From the NCBI GenBank assembly GCA_964364885.1, contig CAYIOA010000003.1, positions 1,558 through 35,200 on the forward strand: 33,643 bases of DNA, written 5' to 3'. The position numbers were made by a program, and so were the translations under genes. Under the pieces are notes generated by a model. That model was not told the origin of the DNA. It was given only the letters and a program-made list of their open reading frames with translations, and made no database searches. This stretch comes from Candidatus Woesearchaeota archaeon. GTDB taxonomy: Archaea; Nanobdellota; Nanobdellia; Pacearchaeales; GW2011-AR1. Positions 1-8,292 of the stretch are shown piece by piece (the stretch's first letter is position 1; each line of letters starts with the position of its first letter).

Positions 1-2
1 AT

Positions 3-215
3 CTTTTCTGGATGAAAAACACACTAATACCTTTGGATATAATCTGGATTTCAGAAGATGGGAAAATAGTCCATATAGAGCGCGCTTTGCCATGCACAAC
101 AAATGAGTGCATTTCTTATATTCCAAAGGAAAAGGCGAAATATGTTTTAGAATTAAATTATAATTTCACAGAGAGAAAGAATATATCTGTAGGAGAGCAA
201 ATAGAATTCAGCTAA
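3..215 (+). CDS. DUF192 family protein, 5' end outside the window
   Basis: The frame is open from the window edge. FWMKNTLIPLDIIW and YVLELN are DUF192 motifs. Confidence 0.85.
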   Translation, partial: LFWMKNTLIPLDIIWISEDGKIVHIERALPCTTNECISYIPKEKAKYVLELNYNFTERKNISVGEQIEFS

Positions 216-999
216 CCATTTCCCTCAAAGTTCTGCCATCTCCTTTGTAACGCTCCTTCAAGTTGTTTATAATCTTTTTATGAATTTGGGAAATTCTTGA
301 CTCTGACAAGTCAAGCACTATTCCAATCTCCTCCATAGTTAAACTCTCATAATAATACAATACCAAAACCAGTCTCTCTTCTTTGCTTAATCCTTTATTA
401 ATATGCGCGATAAATAATTCTTTGTTAATTTTCTCTGAGGGATCTCTTGTTCTTTCATCTTGCACATCATACAACATCCATCCCCCGCTGTTTTTGTTCT
501 CGCCCTCTAATAAATCAGACAGATATGCTGTTCGGCCTATATTGGACCCTCTCATAAGTCTATTGTACCTCTCGTGGCTTAATCCCATTTTTTCAGCAAT
601 GTCTTTTGAGTCTAATACTTTGTTCGATTCATAATCCAAAGACTCTATTGCTCTCTCTCTATCTCTCTTAAAGGCTCTTAGTGTTCTTGACTGCGAAGCT
701 GTGCTTCTCGCCCAGTCTAGAATAGCTCCTCTCAATCTATGCCGGCAATAAGTTTCAAAACTAACTTCTCTTTTCGGGTCATAAGACTCTACAGCATTAA
801 TTAATCCTACAAAACCTGCACTGACAATTTCGTTAAGCTCCAGAGGAACTCTCCTGGAAATCCGCGCAGCGTGTGAATACGCCAGAATTAAATAATGCTC
901 AACCAAATTGTTTCTCAGTTTAACATCCGACCTTCCGCCTTCAACATATTTCCCCCAGAGTTCAGAAACATTATCGTCGCGAAACTCGCTATGAGCCAT
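208..999 (-). CDS. Sigma-70 family sigma factor, FliA/WhiG (sigma28)-like
   Basis: Region 2: RNNLVEHYL..., EIVSAGFVGLINAVESYDPKREVSFETYC..RLRGAILD. Region 3: DIAEKMGLS. Region 4 HTH: LSKEERLVLVLYYYESLTMEEIGIVLDLSESRISQIH. 263 aa. Confidence 0.93.
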   Translation of the reverse strand: MAHSEFRDDNVSELWGKYVEGGRSDVKLRNNLVEHYLILAYSHAARISRRVPLELNEIVSAGFVGLINAVESYDPKREVSFETYCRHRLRGAILDWARSTASQSRTLRAFKRDRERAIESLDYESNKVLDSKDIAEKMGLSHERYNRLMRGSNIGRTAYLSDLLEGENKNSGGWMLYDVQDERTRDPSEKINKELFIAHINKGLSKEERLVLVLYYYESLTMEEIGIVLDLSESRISQIHKKIINNLKERYKGDGRTLREMVS

Positions 1000-1019
1000 G
1001 TACCTTTTAGTTTTTAGAG

Positions 1020-1034
1020 TTAATAAATACTTTT
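1020..1034 (-). promoter_or_regulatory. Archaeal BRE/TATA promoter of the sigma factor gene
   Basis: Minus-strand AAAAGTA-TTTATTAA. The TATA starts 28 nt before the ATG at 999, matching the spacing of other genes here. Confidence 0.6.
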
Positions 1035-1096
1035 ACTTTTCTAAATAATCTTTTCATATGGACTTTCTCAGCCAATTCTGCAAAAGCTGAACAAAG

Positions 1097-1104
1097 TTTA
1101 TAAA
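1097..1104 (+). promoter_or_regulatory. TATA box of rpl41e
   Basis: TTTATAAA with an A-rich BRE-like sequence upstream, 29 nt before the ATG at 1126. Confidence 0.7.
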
Positions 1105-1125
1105 GAGCATATATTTCAATGACAC

Positions 1126-1242
1126 ATGAAAAGAAGCTCACGACGCTGGAAGAAAAAAGGGCAAATGCGCTGGAAATGGCAGAGAAAAAGACTCAAAAAA
1201 GAAAAAAGAAAGAGGAGATTGCACAGGCAAAGATCTGCTTAG
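1126..1242 (+). CDS. rpl41e: Ribosomal protein eL41 (eS32), 38 aa, absent from the ORF track
   Basis: Manual translation MKRSSRRWKKKGQMRWKWQRKRLKKEKRKRRLHRQRSA matches the archaeal L41e pattern KRSSRRWKKKG.MRWKW. It has its own TATA box. Confidence 0.92.
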   Translation: MKRSSRRWKKKGQMRWKWQRKRLKKEKRKRRLHRQRSA

Positions 1243-1329
1243 ACTAGTTTTTGATTCTGTAAAGCTTACTAAAAGAAAAGGACTTTTGATTACAGCAATC
1301 TTTATAAAAACTTAACTCTCAGGACACAG

Positions 1330-2295
1330 ATGTCTCAAACAAACATTTGGACTGAGAAATACCGCCCCTCGAAATTTGACGATATGGTCGGTCAGCAAGA
1401 GGTAATCAAAAGAGTGAAGTCGCTTGTTCAGGCAATGAATATCCCGCATTTGCTCTTTGCCGGGCCTGCAGGAACTGGGAAGTCTACTCTGGCTTTAATT
1501 ACAGTAAAAGAATTATTCGGAGAAAGATGGAAAGAAAATTACCTTGAATTAAATGCTTCTGATGAAAGAGGAATTGACGTTGTAAGACAAAAAGTAAAAG
1601 ATTTTGCAAGAACAAAAGCTATAGAGAACATCCCGTTTAAAGTTATTTTTTTAGATGAGGCGGATGCTTTGACAAAAGAAGCACAGCAGGCTTTAAGGAG
1701 AACAATGGAAAATTATTCTAATACGTGCAGATTTATACTGTCGTGCAACTATTCTTCAAGAATAATAGATCCGATACAATCGCGGTGTGTTGTCTTTAGA
1801 TTTAAATTGCTGGAAAAGAAGGATGTCTCTAAGATTGTAAAGAGGATATCTGAAAAAGAAGGCCTTAAAATTGCAGATGAAGCATTTGAAACTGTGTATG
1901 AATCATCTGAAGGAGATTGCAGAAGAGCAATTAACCTGCTTCAAGCAACTGCCTCTATATCTTTAGACGTCAATTCTGAGATGATAAGAATGATTTCCTC
2001 TAGCACAAAACCTGCAGATATTCGGGTTGTCCTTGGTTATGCTCTTGCTGGAGATTTTATAAGCGCGCGGGATAAACTGCTTGATGTAATGCTAAAAGAG
2101 AGTGTTTCTGGGACAGACATAATAAAGTCAATTCAAAAAGAGATATGGAATCTGCAAATAGAACCAAGCATCAAGGTCAGACTTACTGAGAAAACGGGGG
2201 ACACTGAATTTAGAATGATAGAGGGTTCTGATGAATTTATTCAACTTCAGGCTCTTCTTGCGTCTTTTGTTCTTGCAGGTCAGGGTAAAATATAG
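1330..2295 (+). CDS. rfcS: Replication factor C small subunit
   Basis: WTEKYRP, Walker A GPAGTGKS, ELNASDERGIDVVR, LDEADALT, IQSRC. TATA at 1301. Confidence 0.97.
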   Translation: MSQTNIWTEKYRPSKFDDMVGQQEVIKRVKSLVQAMNIPHLLFAGPAGTGKSTLALITVKELFGERWKENYLELNASDERGIDVVRQKVKDFARTKAIENIPFKVIFLDEADALTKEAQQALRRTMENYSNTCRFILSCNYSSRIIDPIQSRCVVFRFKLLEKKDVSKIVKRISEKEGLKIADEAFETVYESSEGDCRRAINLLQATASISLDVNSEMIRMISSSTKPADIRVVLGYALAGDFISARDKLLDVMLKESVSGTDIIKSIQKEIWNLQIEPSIKVRLTEKTGDTEFRMIEGSDEFIQLQALLASFVLAGQGKI

Positions 2296-2296
2296 A

Positions 2297-3460
2297 ATGT
2301 CTCTCTCTGAAAAATACCGCGCGAAAAAATACTCTGATATTTTCGGTCAGAATAAGGCTGTAGAGGAAATAAAAGAATTTTTAAAAAACTTCCCAAAAAG
2401 AAAGGCTCTTGTTTTATACGGGCCAGCTGGGACTGGAAAAACCTCCCTGGCTCTTGCTGCCGCCCATGAAAATAATCTTGAAATTCTAGAGCTAAATGCA
2501 TCTGATTTAAGAAATAGGGCAAAACTTGAGGGAGTATTAAAACCTGCGACAGAACAGAGAGGATTATTCAAAAAGGGGAAAATTCTTCTTATGGATGAAG
2601 TAGATGGTGTTACCGGCACAGATATTGGAGGCATTCCTGAATTGGTGAGATTAATAAAAACAACAAGGTATCCTATAATAATGACGTGCAATGACGTCTG
2701 GCAATCCAAGCTTTCTTCTTTAAGAGCTGAGTCAAAGATAGTAGAGATGAAAATTCTTGATATGGATGTAATAACTTCTGTTTTATTGAGAATATGCGAG
2801 AAAGAAGAAGTGAAAAAGGAGCATTCTTTACTAAGGCAGATAGCAATAAAATCGCAAGGAGACTTAAGGGCGGCTATAAACGATTTGGAGTCTTATTTCT
2901 ACACGGAGGAGCTGACAATAGATACCTCTGAAAAGAGAGATGTTGAAGAAAATGTTTTTAACATATTAAGAAGACTGTTTAAAGAAAGGAACGACTTTCT
3001 TGACTTGTTTGATAACACCAGCCTGTCTTTGGATGAACTGTTATTATGGATTGAGGAGAATATTCCTAAAGAATACAAGAATGAATCTCTGGCAAGAGCT
3101 TATTATGCTTTAGGCAATGCAGATGTTTTTCGCGGCAGGATTTATAGAAACCAGTCATGGCGTTTTTTAATTTATCAAAACGCTTTTCAAAGCGCTGGGA
3201 TTTCTTACGCCAAACCCTTCCCAATGACTGGCTTTACAAAATACGAGCGCCCTAAACGTATTTTGAAAATATGGCTCCATAATCAAAAGATAGGCAAAAA
3301 GAAAACAATTTCCAAGAAATATGCCCGTTTTGTCCATTGCTCAACGCAGAGAATTATCCGAGATTTTGAACTTTTAAAGCCAATTTTAAAGCAGGAAGAT
3401 GTTCAGAAAAAATTAAAATTCAGCGATGAAGAAATTGCTTATTTGAATACTTTGAAGTGA
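2297..3460 (+). CDS. rfcL: Replication factor C large subunit
   Basis: EKYR, GPAGTGKT, ELNASD, MDEVDG, GDLRAAINDL, WIEENIP. The start was moved to the ATG at 2297, just after the rfcS stop. Confidence 0.93.
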   Translation: MSLSEKYRAKKYSDIFGQNKAVEEIKEFLKNFPKRKALVLYGPAGTGKTSLALAAAHENNLEILELNASDLRNRAKLEGVLKPATEQRGLFKKGKILLMDEVDGVTGTDIGGIPELVRLIKTTRYPIIMTCNDVWQSKLSSLRAESKIVEMKILDMDVITSVLLRICEKEEVKKEHSLLRQIAIKSQGDLRAAINDLESYFYTEELTIDTSEKRDVEENVFNILRRLFKERNDFLDLFDNTSLSLDELLLWIEENIPKEYKNESLARAYYALGNADVFRGRIYRNQSWRFLIYQNAFQSAGISYAKPFPMTGFTKYERPKRILKIWLHNQKIGKKKTISKKYARFVHCSTQRIIRDFELLKPILKQEDVQKKLKFSDEEIAYLNTLK

Positions 3461-3478
3461 GTGATGATAAGAGAAAGG

Positions 3479-3507
3479 TTTATATAGTATAATTATATTG
3501 TTTATAC
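3479..3507 (+). promoter_or_regulatory. TATA box plus palindromic operator of the toxin-antitoxin operon
   Basis: TTTATATA (3479-3486), then the inverted repeat GTATAA-N9-TTATAC (3487-3507) abutting the ATG. Confidence 0.6.
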
Positions 3508-3732
3508 ATGATTGAAATAAAGACTAAATTAAGAAGGTGGGGGAATTCATTTGGAATAGTTGTGCCTCAAAAAGCAGTTGAGCAAACAAAGGCAAAAGAA
3601 GGAGATGAAATTATAATTTTACTTAAGAGAAAGAAAAACAATGTTTTGAGAGAGATGTTTGGGTCACATAAATTCTCAAAACCAGTTAAGCAATTGATGA
3701 GAGAAATGGATGAAGAATTATACCATGACTAA
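3508..3732 (+). CDS. AbrB/MazE/SpoVT-family antitoxin (VapB-like)
   Basis: KLRRWGNSFGIVVP...KEGDEI motif, acidic tail, and position upstream of a PIN gene. Confidence 0.9.
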   Translation: MIEIKTKLRRWGNSFGIVVPQKAVEQTKAKEGDEIIILLKRKKNNVLREMFGSHKFSKPVKQLMREMDEELYHD

Positions 3733-4087
3733 ATATCTTTTTGATACATATGCAATAATAGAAATAATTGAAGGAAATTCAGATTATGAAAAATATGTTG
3801 ATGAGGAGATAATAATAAATGATTTTGTTTTTGCGGAATTGTGCTATAGTTTAATAAAAACAAACTATTCCAACTTAGACCTCTATATAAAAAAATATGA
3901 AGAATTTAGTGTTCCTCTTGAAGCAGAAACGATTAAGAAAGCCATGCAGTTTAGACATGAAAACAAAAAGAAAAAATTGTCTATGACAGATTGCATCTCA
4001 TATTTTCAGGCTAAAGAATTAGGGATAAAATTTTTAACAGGAGACAAAGAATTTGAAAATTTAGAAAATGTGGAATTTATCAAATAG
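3725..4087 (+). CDS. vapC: PIN-domain toxin (VapC-like)
   Basis: YLFDTYAIIE, AEL, LSMTDC, LTGDKEF. The likely start at 3725 overlaps the antitoxin 3' end. Confidence 0.9.
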   Translation: MTKYLFDTYAIIEIIEGNSDYEKYVDEEIIINDFVFAELCYSLIKTNYSNLDLYIKKYEEFSVPLEAETIKKAMQFRHENKKKKLSMTDCISYFQAKELGIKFLTGDKEFENLENVEFIK

Positions 4088-4101
4088 GATTCTTGGGATT
4101 G

Positions 4102-4713
4102 CTAATCCGTGGCTTCCTTGAAAAGCTCGTTAACCTTATTCCAATTTATGATATTGAAAAATGCTTCTACATATTCATTTCTTCTGTTCTGATACTTTAA
4201 GTAATATGCGTGCTCCCAGACATCTAAACCTAAGATTGGTGTTTTGCTGTCCATTAAAGGAGAATCTTGATTTGAGGTGCTTATAATTTCCAATTTTCCT
4301 TTATTGTTGACTAGGAGCCATGCCCAACCAGAGCCAAATTTGCTCAATGCAATGTCAGTAAATTGTTTTTTAAAATTTTCAAAATTGCCAAATGTTTTCT
4401 CAATTGATTTTGCGATATTTCCATATGGGGCTTGTTTTTTGGGGCTGAGGATTTCCCAAAACAAGCTATGATTAAGATGTCCTCCTCCATGATTTACAAC
4501 AGCTGTTCTAATCTCTTTTGGAACAGAATCTATGTCTCTTAGAAGTTCTTCTACGCGCATTTTTTGTAATTTGGGATGCTTCTCAAGTGCGCTGTTCAGT
4601 TTATCAACATACGTTTTATGATGCTTGGTATAATGAATCTCCATTGTCTTAGCATCTATATAAGGCTCTAAAGAATCATAATTATAAGACAATTTTGGCA
4701 ATTCATGTTTCAT
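4102..4713 (-). CDS. sod: Fe/Mn superoxide dismutase with Mn-type signature
   Basis: [33 protein letters not shown]. Confidence 0.97.
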   Translation of the reverse strand: MKHELPKLSYNYDSLEPYIDAKTMEIHYTKHHKTYVDKLNSALEKHPKLQKMRVEELLRDIDSVPKEIRTAVVNHGGGHLNHSLFWEILSPKKQAPYGNIAKSIEKTFGNFENFKKQFTDIALSKFGSGWAWLLVNNKGKLEIISTSNQDSPLMDSKTPILGLDVWEHAYYLKYQNRRNEYVEAFFNIINWNKVNELFKEATD

Positions 4714-4747
4714 AGAATATCAAATAAGAAGCATTATAAAAGACTTT

Positions 4748-5770
4748 CTAAGCTGTTTGTGTCTTTGCAAGCTCTGCATCAATAATCTGCTTGAATTGCT
4801 CATAGGGGAGAGCACCATCTAGCTTGATACCGTTAACAAAAAAACCAGGTGTACCTTGGATTCCTGCTGCACTGCCTTCATTAAAGTCTTTTTGAATTTC
4901 TTCCTTGAATTTACCACTGTCTAAGCAACTGTCTATGTTATATCCTATTTCCTTAGCCCATTTTTTCAGATCGTCATTTGTGTATTGAACTGTTGATTTG
5001 ACTGGTCCTTTTACAGGGTCGCCACCGTCAAGCTCGTTCTGCTCTTTGAACATTTTATCATGCATCTTATAATAGGCGCTGTCTCCTCCTTTCTCCCTGA
5101 CGCAGTTTGCCGCCTCTGCAGAAGGTATTGCCATTGGATGGAAGCTAAGAGGGAAATCTCTAAACACGAGTTTAACTTTGTTGGTTTCTATGTAATCTTT
5201 CTTAAGCATTGAGAATGTTTCTGTCCAGAATTTTCTACAGAACGGACATTGATAATCAGAGAATTCAATAATTGTTATTGGCGCGTTTTTATCTCCTAAA
5301 ACAGGATCATCATCAACACTAACATCAACTTTACCGCCTAATAACTGCGGTTCGCCTTCTTCTGGGGATCCAACTCCCTGAACCAGAGGAACTATATTAG
5401 TGACTAGAAACTTTCCATCTAAAGTTGCATATAAAGGAATTTCCTGCCCTTGAAATTTGACATTTACTTTATACAAACTGTCTTCTCTTTCTGTTGAAAG
5501 CAACTCGACTTTTGCGCCTAGTGCTGGATTTGAATTGATAAAGTCCACAACGTTCTTTCCTGCTGTTTCGGCATTTACGACATTTCCCGTTAAACTTCCT
5601 GTAAAACTGAATATCAAAAACACAACAAGAACAATTCCTAGAACAAATGTTGATATTATCCATGGATTTGAGCGCGTTTTTCCGAGATACTTCCCAAAGG
5701 GTATTTCAACAGCATCTGACTTAGAATCTTCTTTCGTTTCTTTTGACATTCCTTCTTCTTTTTTGTTCAT
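4748..5770 (-). CDS. Membrane-anchored DsbA-family thiol-disulfide oxidoreductase
   Basis: N-terminal TM segment, EFSDYQCPFC, RDFPL..H, GTPGFFVNG, GALPY. Confidence 0.9.
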   Translation of the reverse strand: MNKKEEGMSKETKEDSKSDAVEIPFGKYLGKTRSNPWIISTFVLGIVLVVFLIFSFTGSLTGNVVNAETAGKNVVDFINSNPALGAKVELLSTEREDSLYKVNVKFQGQEIPLYATLDGKFLVTNIVPLVQGVGSPEEGEPQLLGGKVDVSVDDDPVLGDKNAPITIIEFSDYQCPFCRKFWTETFSMLKKDYIETNKVKLVFRDFPLSFHPMAIPSAEAANCVREKGGDSAYYKMHDKMFKEQNELDGGDPVKGPVKSTVQYTNDDLKKWAKEIGYNIDSCLDSGKFKEEIQKDFNEGSAAGIQGTPGFFVNGIKLDGALPYEQFKQIIDAELAKTQTA

Positions 5771-5892
5771 TGGGTTTTGAATAGTGGGCTATTTAAAAAT
5801 GTTTGGATGAGTTCGATTTTGTTGAGAATCTCAATAGAGTTAAGTCTAAATTATGTGCAAATATTTAATAATCTTGCAACCTAATAAATTTT

Positions 5893-7203
5893 ATGCCATA
5901 CAATATTGTAATAGGAAGGGATGCAACTGACAAAGAAAGATTTGGCGACAAGGGGCTGATTTATATTGGCAAGGGATATGTAAAAATGGGCAATTACACT
6001 TCATTGTCTAATAAAATATATATGGATATTGCAAGAACTCATGTTGTTCTTGTGGCGGGCAAACGTGGATCTGGGAAGAGCTATACACTTGGGGCAATAG
6101 CTGAAGAACTCTCAAATCTGCCATCAGAAACTGCGAAAAATATTGCCTCAATTGTATTTGATACAATGGGAATATTCTGGACAATGAAATTCAAAAACGA
6201 GAAAGATAAAGAACTTCTTGATGAATGGGGCTTAAAATCAAAAAATCTTCCTGTGAAGGTTTTTGTTCCATTTGGGAAAGCAGAAGGATACAGGGAGAAA
6301 AAAATCCCGTTTGACGAGACTTTTGCGCTTTTACCCTCAGAAATTGAGGCAGAAGACTGGATAACCTTGTTTAATCTGGAGATGACTTCTCTTCCGGGAG
6401 TCTTAATTGAGAGGATTGTCACAGAGCTTAAAGAGAAGAATATTGTCTTCACAATAAAAGAGATCCAAAACGCGATAGAAAAAGACCATATATCATCAAA
6501 AGAAACAAAGGAAATTGTTTTGTCCTTGTTTTATGCTGCGGACAGCTGGGGAATTTTCGCCAAAACAGAAGAGGGCACTGAAATCTCTGATTTGGTGAAT
6601 CCTGGTGTGACAACTGTTCTTGACACCTCAATTTATAGCTCAATAGGGGCATTTAATATTCGCGCTTTGGTAATAAGCTTAATCTCAAGAAAATTATTTA
6701 ATAAAAGAATGGACGCGAGAAAAAAAGAGGAGCTGGATGCACTGCAACACGGTCAGGATTATTTATCTTACAAACAAGAGAGACAAGAGCCGCTTGTCTG
6801 GGTTTTTATTGATGAAGCTCATGAGTTTCTTCCAAGAGAGGGAAAAACTCCTGCGACAGATGCTTTAATTCAGCTTTTAAGAGAGGGCAGACAGCCGGGA
6901 ATTTCCTTAGTTTTGGCAACACAACAACCTGGACAAATTCATAAAGATGTTATGACTCAATCAGATATTGTAATTTCTCATAGAGTTACTGCGAAGCCAG
7001 ACATAGAGGCATTGAATGAGATTATGCAGACATATTTATTGCAGAATATCCGGCAGCAGATTGATGATCTGCCTCCTTTAAAGGGCTCTGCAATAATTTT
7101 AGATGACAACTCAGAAAGAATTTATCCTATTCGGGTTCGCCCTAGATTTACATGGCATGGCGGCGAAGCGCCAACTGCGATAAAGACAGACATTAAAATT
7201 TAG
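5893..7203 (+). CDS. HerA/FtsK-superfamily (DUF87-like) P-loop ATPase
   Basis: Walker A GKRGSGKS, Walker B VFIDEAH, LREGR.PG...LATQQP. No N-terminal HAS barrel and no adjacent nurA. Confidence 0.85.
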   Translation: MPYNIVIGRDATDKERFGDKGLIYIGKGYVKMGNYTSLSNKIYMDIARTHVVLVAGKRGSGKSYTLGAIAEELSNLPSETAKNIASIVFDTMGIFWTMKFKNEKDKELLDEWGLKSKNLPVKVFVPFGKAEGYREKKIPFDETFALLPSEIEAEDWITLFNLEMTSLPGVLIERIVTELKEKNIVFTIKEIQNAIEKDHISSKETKEIVLSLFYAADSWGIFAKTEEGTEISDLVNPGVTTVLDTSIYSSIGAFNIRALVISLISRKLFNKRMDARKKEELDALQHGQDYLSYKQERQEPLVWVFIDEAHEFLPREGKTPATDALIQLLREGRQPGISLVLATQQPGQIHKDVMTQSDIVISHRVTAKPDIEALNEIMQTYLLQNIRQQIDDLPPLKGSAIILDDNSERIYPIRVRPRFTWHGGEAPTAIKTDIKI

Positions 7204-7251
7204 AGCATATAGAACAATAAGATTTATAAAACGTCTTTAATAAAATTCAGG

Positions 7252-7737
7252 ATGATAACAGCAACATATGAAGAATTTGAAAAATTAGGATTTCAAAAAG
7301 CATGGAAACGCCCAGATGGCGCTCTTGGAGAATATCTTGGTCTTGTGAAGCAGGGAATATTAATTTTTGCAAAACAAATAGAAGAAAAGAGATATGTTAT
7401 ACATTCAGCTAGAGATGCAAAGAAAAATCAATATGATCTGAGTGAATTGAACGACCTGCCAAAACAAGTCCTTGCCAGCTTAGATGGGCTAATGAGCTTT
7501 CTGGAAAAACCAGACCAAATAAAAATGAGATGGATTGGAATAGAACCAAGAACAAGAGAGAGTCTTTACGAAATTGCAAAGGCGCCTCTAACTGAGAATA
7601 TAGATTCCAGAGTAGATAAGATAATAAAAGACAGCGGGAGATACAGCCCAAAAATAAAAGGAAGAATAGATATGGAAATAGATGCAGCACTCACATACCG
7701 CCAATTAGGAAAACCTGAAGAATACATAAAACAATAA
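7252..7737 (+). CDS. Hypothetical protein
   Basis: 161-aa ORF with TTTATAAA 29 nt before the ATG. No recognised motif. Confidence 0.7.
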   Translation: MITATYEEFEKLGFQKAWKRPDGALGEYLGLVKQGILIFAKQIEEKRYVIHSARDAKKNQYDLSELNDLPKQVLASLDGLMSFLEKPDQIKMRWIGIEPRTRESLYEIAKAPLTENIDSRVDKIIKDSGRYSPKIKGRIDMEIDAALTYRQLGKPEEYIKQ

Positions 7738-7787
7738 TAATAAATTAATTTATAAATATGTGTGAACTTTTGTTCCCACATACTAAT

Positions 7788-8264
7788 CTACTTAATCTTT
7801 TTAACCATCTTCAAAGAGGTTTTCTCAAATCCAAAGTTTTCAAGATTTTTAATCGAGTTAATATTATTTATCAATATCCCTGCAGAAATTTCTTTTACCT
7901 TCTTTTTCTTTAACCAAGTTATTCTTTCAGAGGTTAGTCTTTTTCCAATTCCTTGCTTTCTATAAGGCTTTGTTATATAGAGCATCGTTAATGCGCCCTC
8001 TTTCTTATCTTTTATTTCCGCATTTGCAAAACCTATAATTTTATTATTTATTTCAGCCACCAACCAAAGATTTTTCTTTCCAGACTTCATTTCCTTATTG
8101 AAACCAGATAACCTTTTTTTACGGGCTTGATTCATTTCTTTTATTATATCTGATTTGCTTCTACTTGGAAACTGAATTTTAATCTCATCTGTAACTCCTT
8201 CTAAATAGATTTTATCAATTTCATCCAAATCCTCAACATTAGCTTTTCTTATCAGCATATACAA
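7788..8264 (-). CDS. GNAT family N-acetyltransferase
   Basis: IRKA...D, LYITKPYRKQGIGKRL (acetyl-CoA motif A), N..SIK.LENFGF. Confidence 0.9.
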   Translation of the reverse strand: MYMLIRKANVEDLDEIDKIYLEGVTDEIKIQFPSRSKSDIIKEMNQARKKRLSGFNKEMKSGKKNLWLVAEINNKIIGFANAEIKDKKEGALTMLYITKPYRKQGIGKRLTSERITWLKKKKVKEISAGILINNINSIKNLENFGFEKTSLKMVKKIK

Positions 8265-8292
8265 AACTAGAATTGTAAACTTATTAATCTAT

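Noticed and set aside
1057-1070. 14-nt match (TGAGAAAGTCCATA, minus strand) to 20247-20260 on the plus strand
   Set aside because: A few 14-mer matches are expected by chance in 33 kb of AT-rich DNA, and the similarity does not extend convincingly.
1119-1247. Alternative-frame 42-aa ORF MTHEKKLTTLEEK... overlapping rpl41e
   Set aside because: The 1126 frame matches eL41 and fits the 29-nt TATA spacing; this frame does neither.
5893-7737. HerA plus neighbour as a Sir2-HerA or DUF4297-HerA defence system
   Set aside because: The downstream ORF has its own promoter and no Sir2 or nuclease motif, and there is no upstream effector gene.
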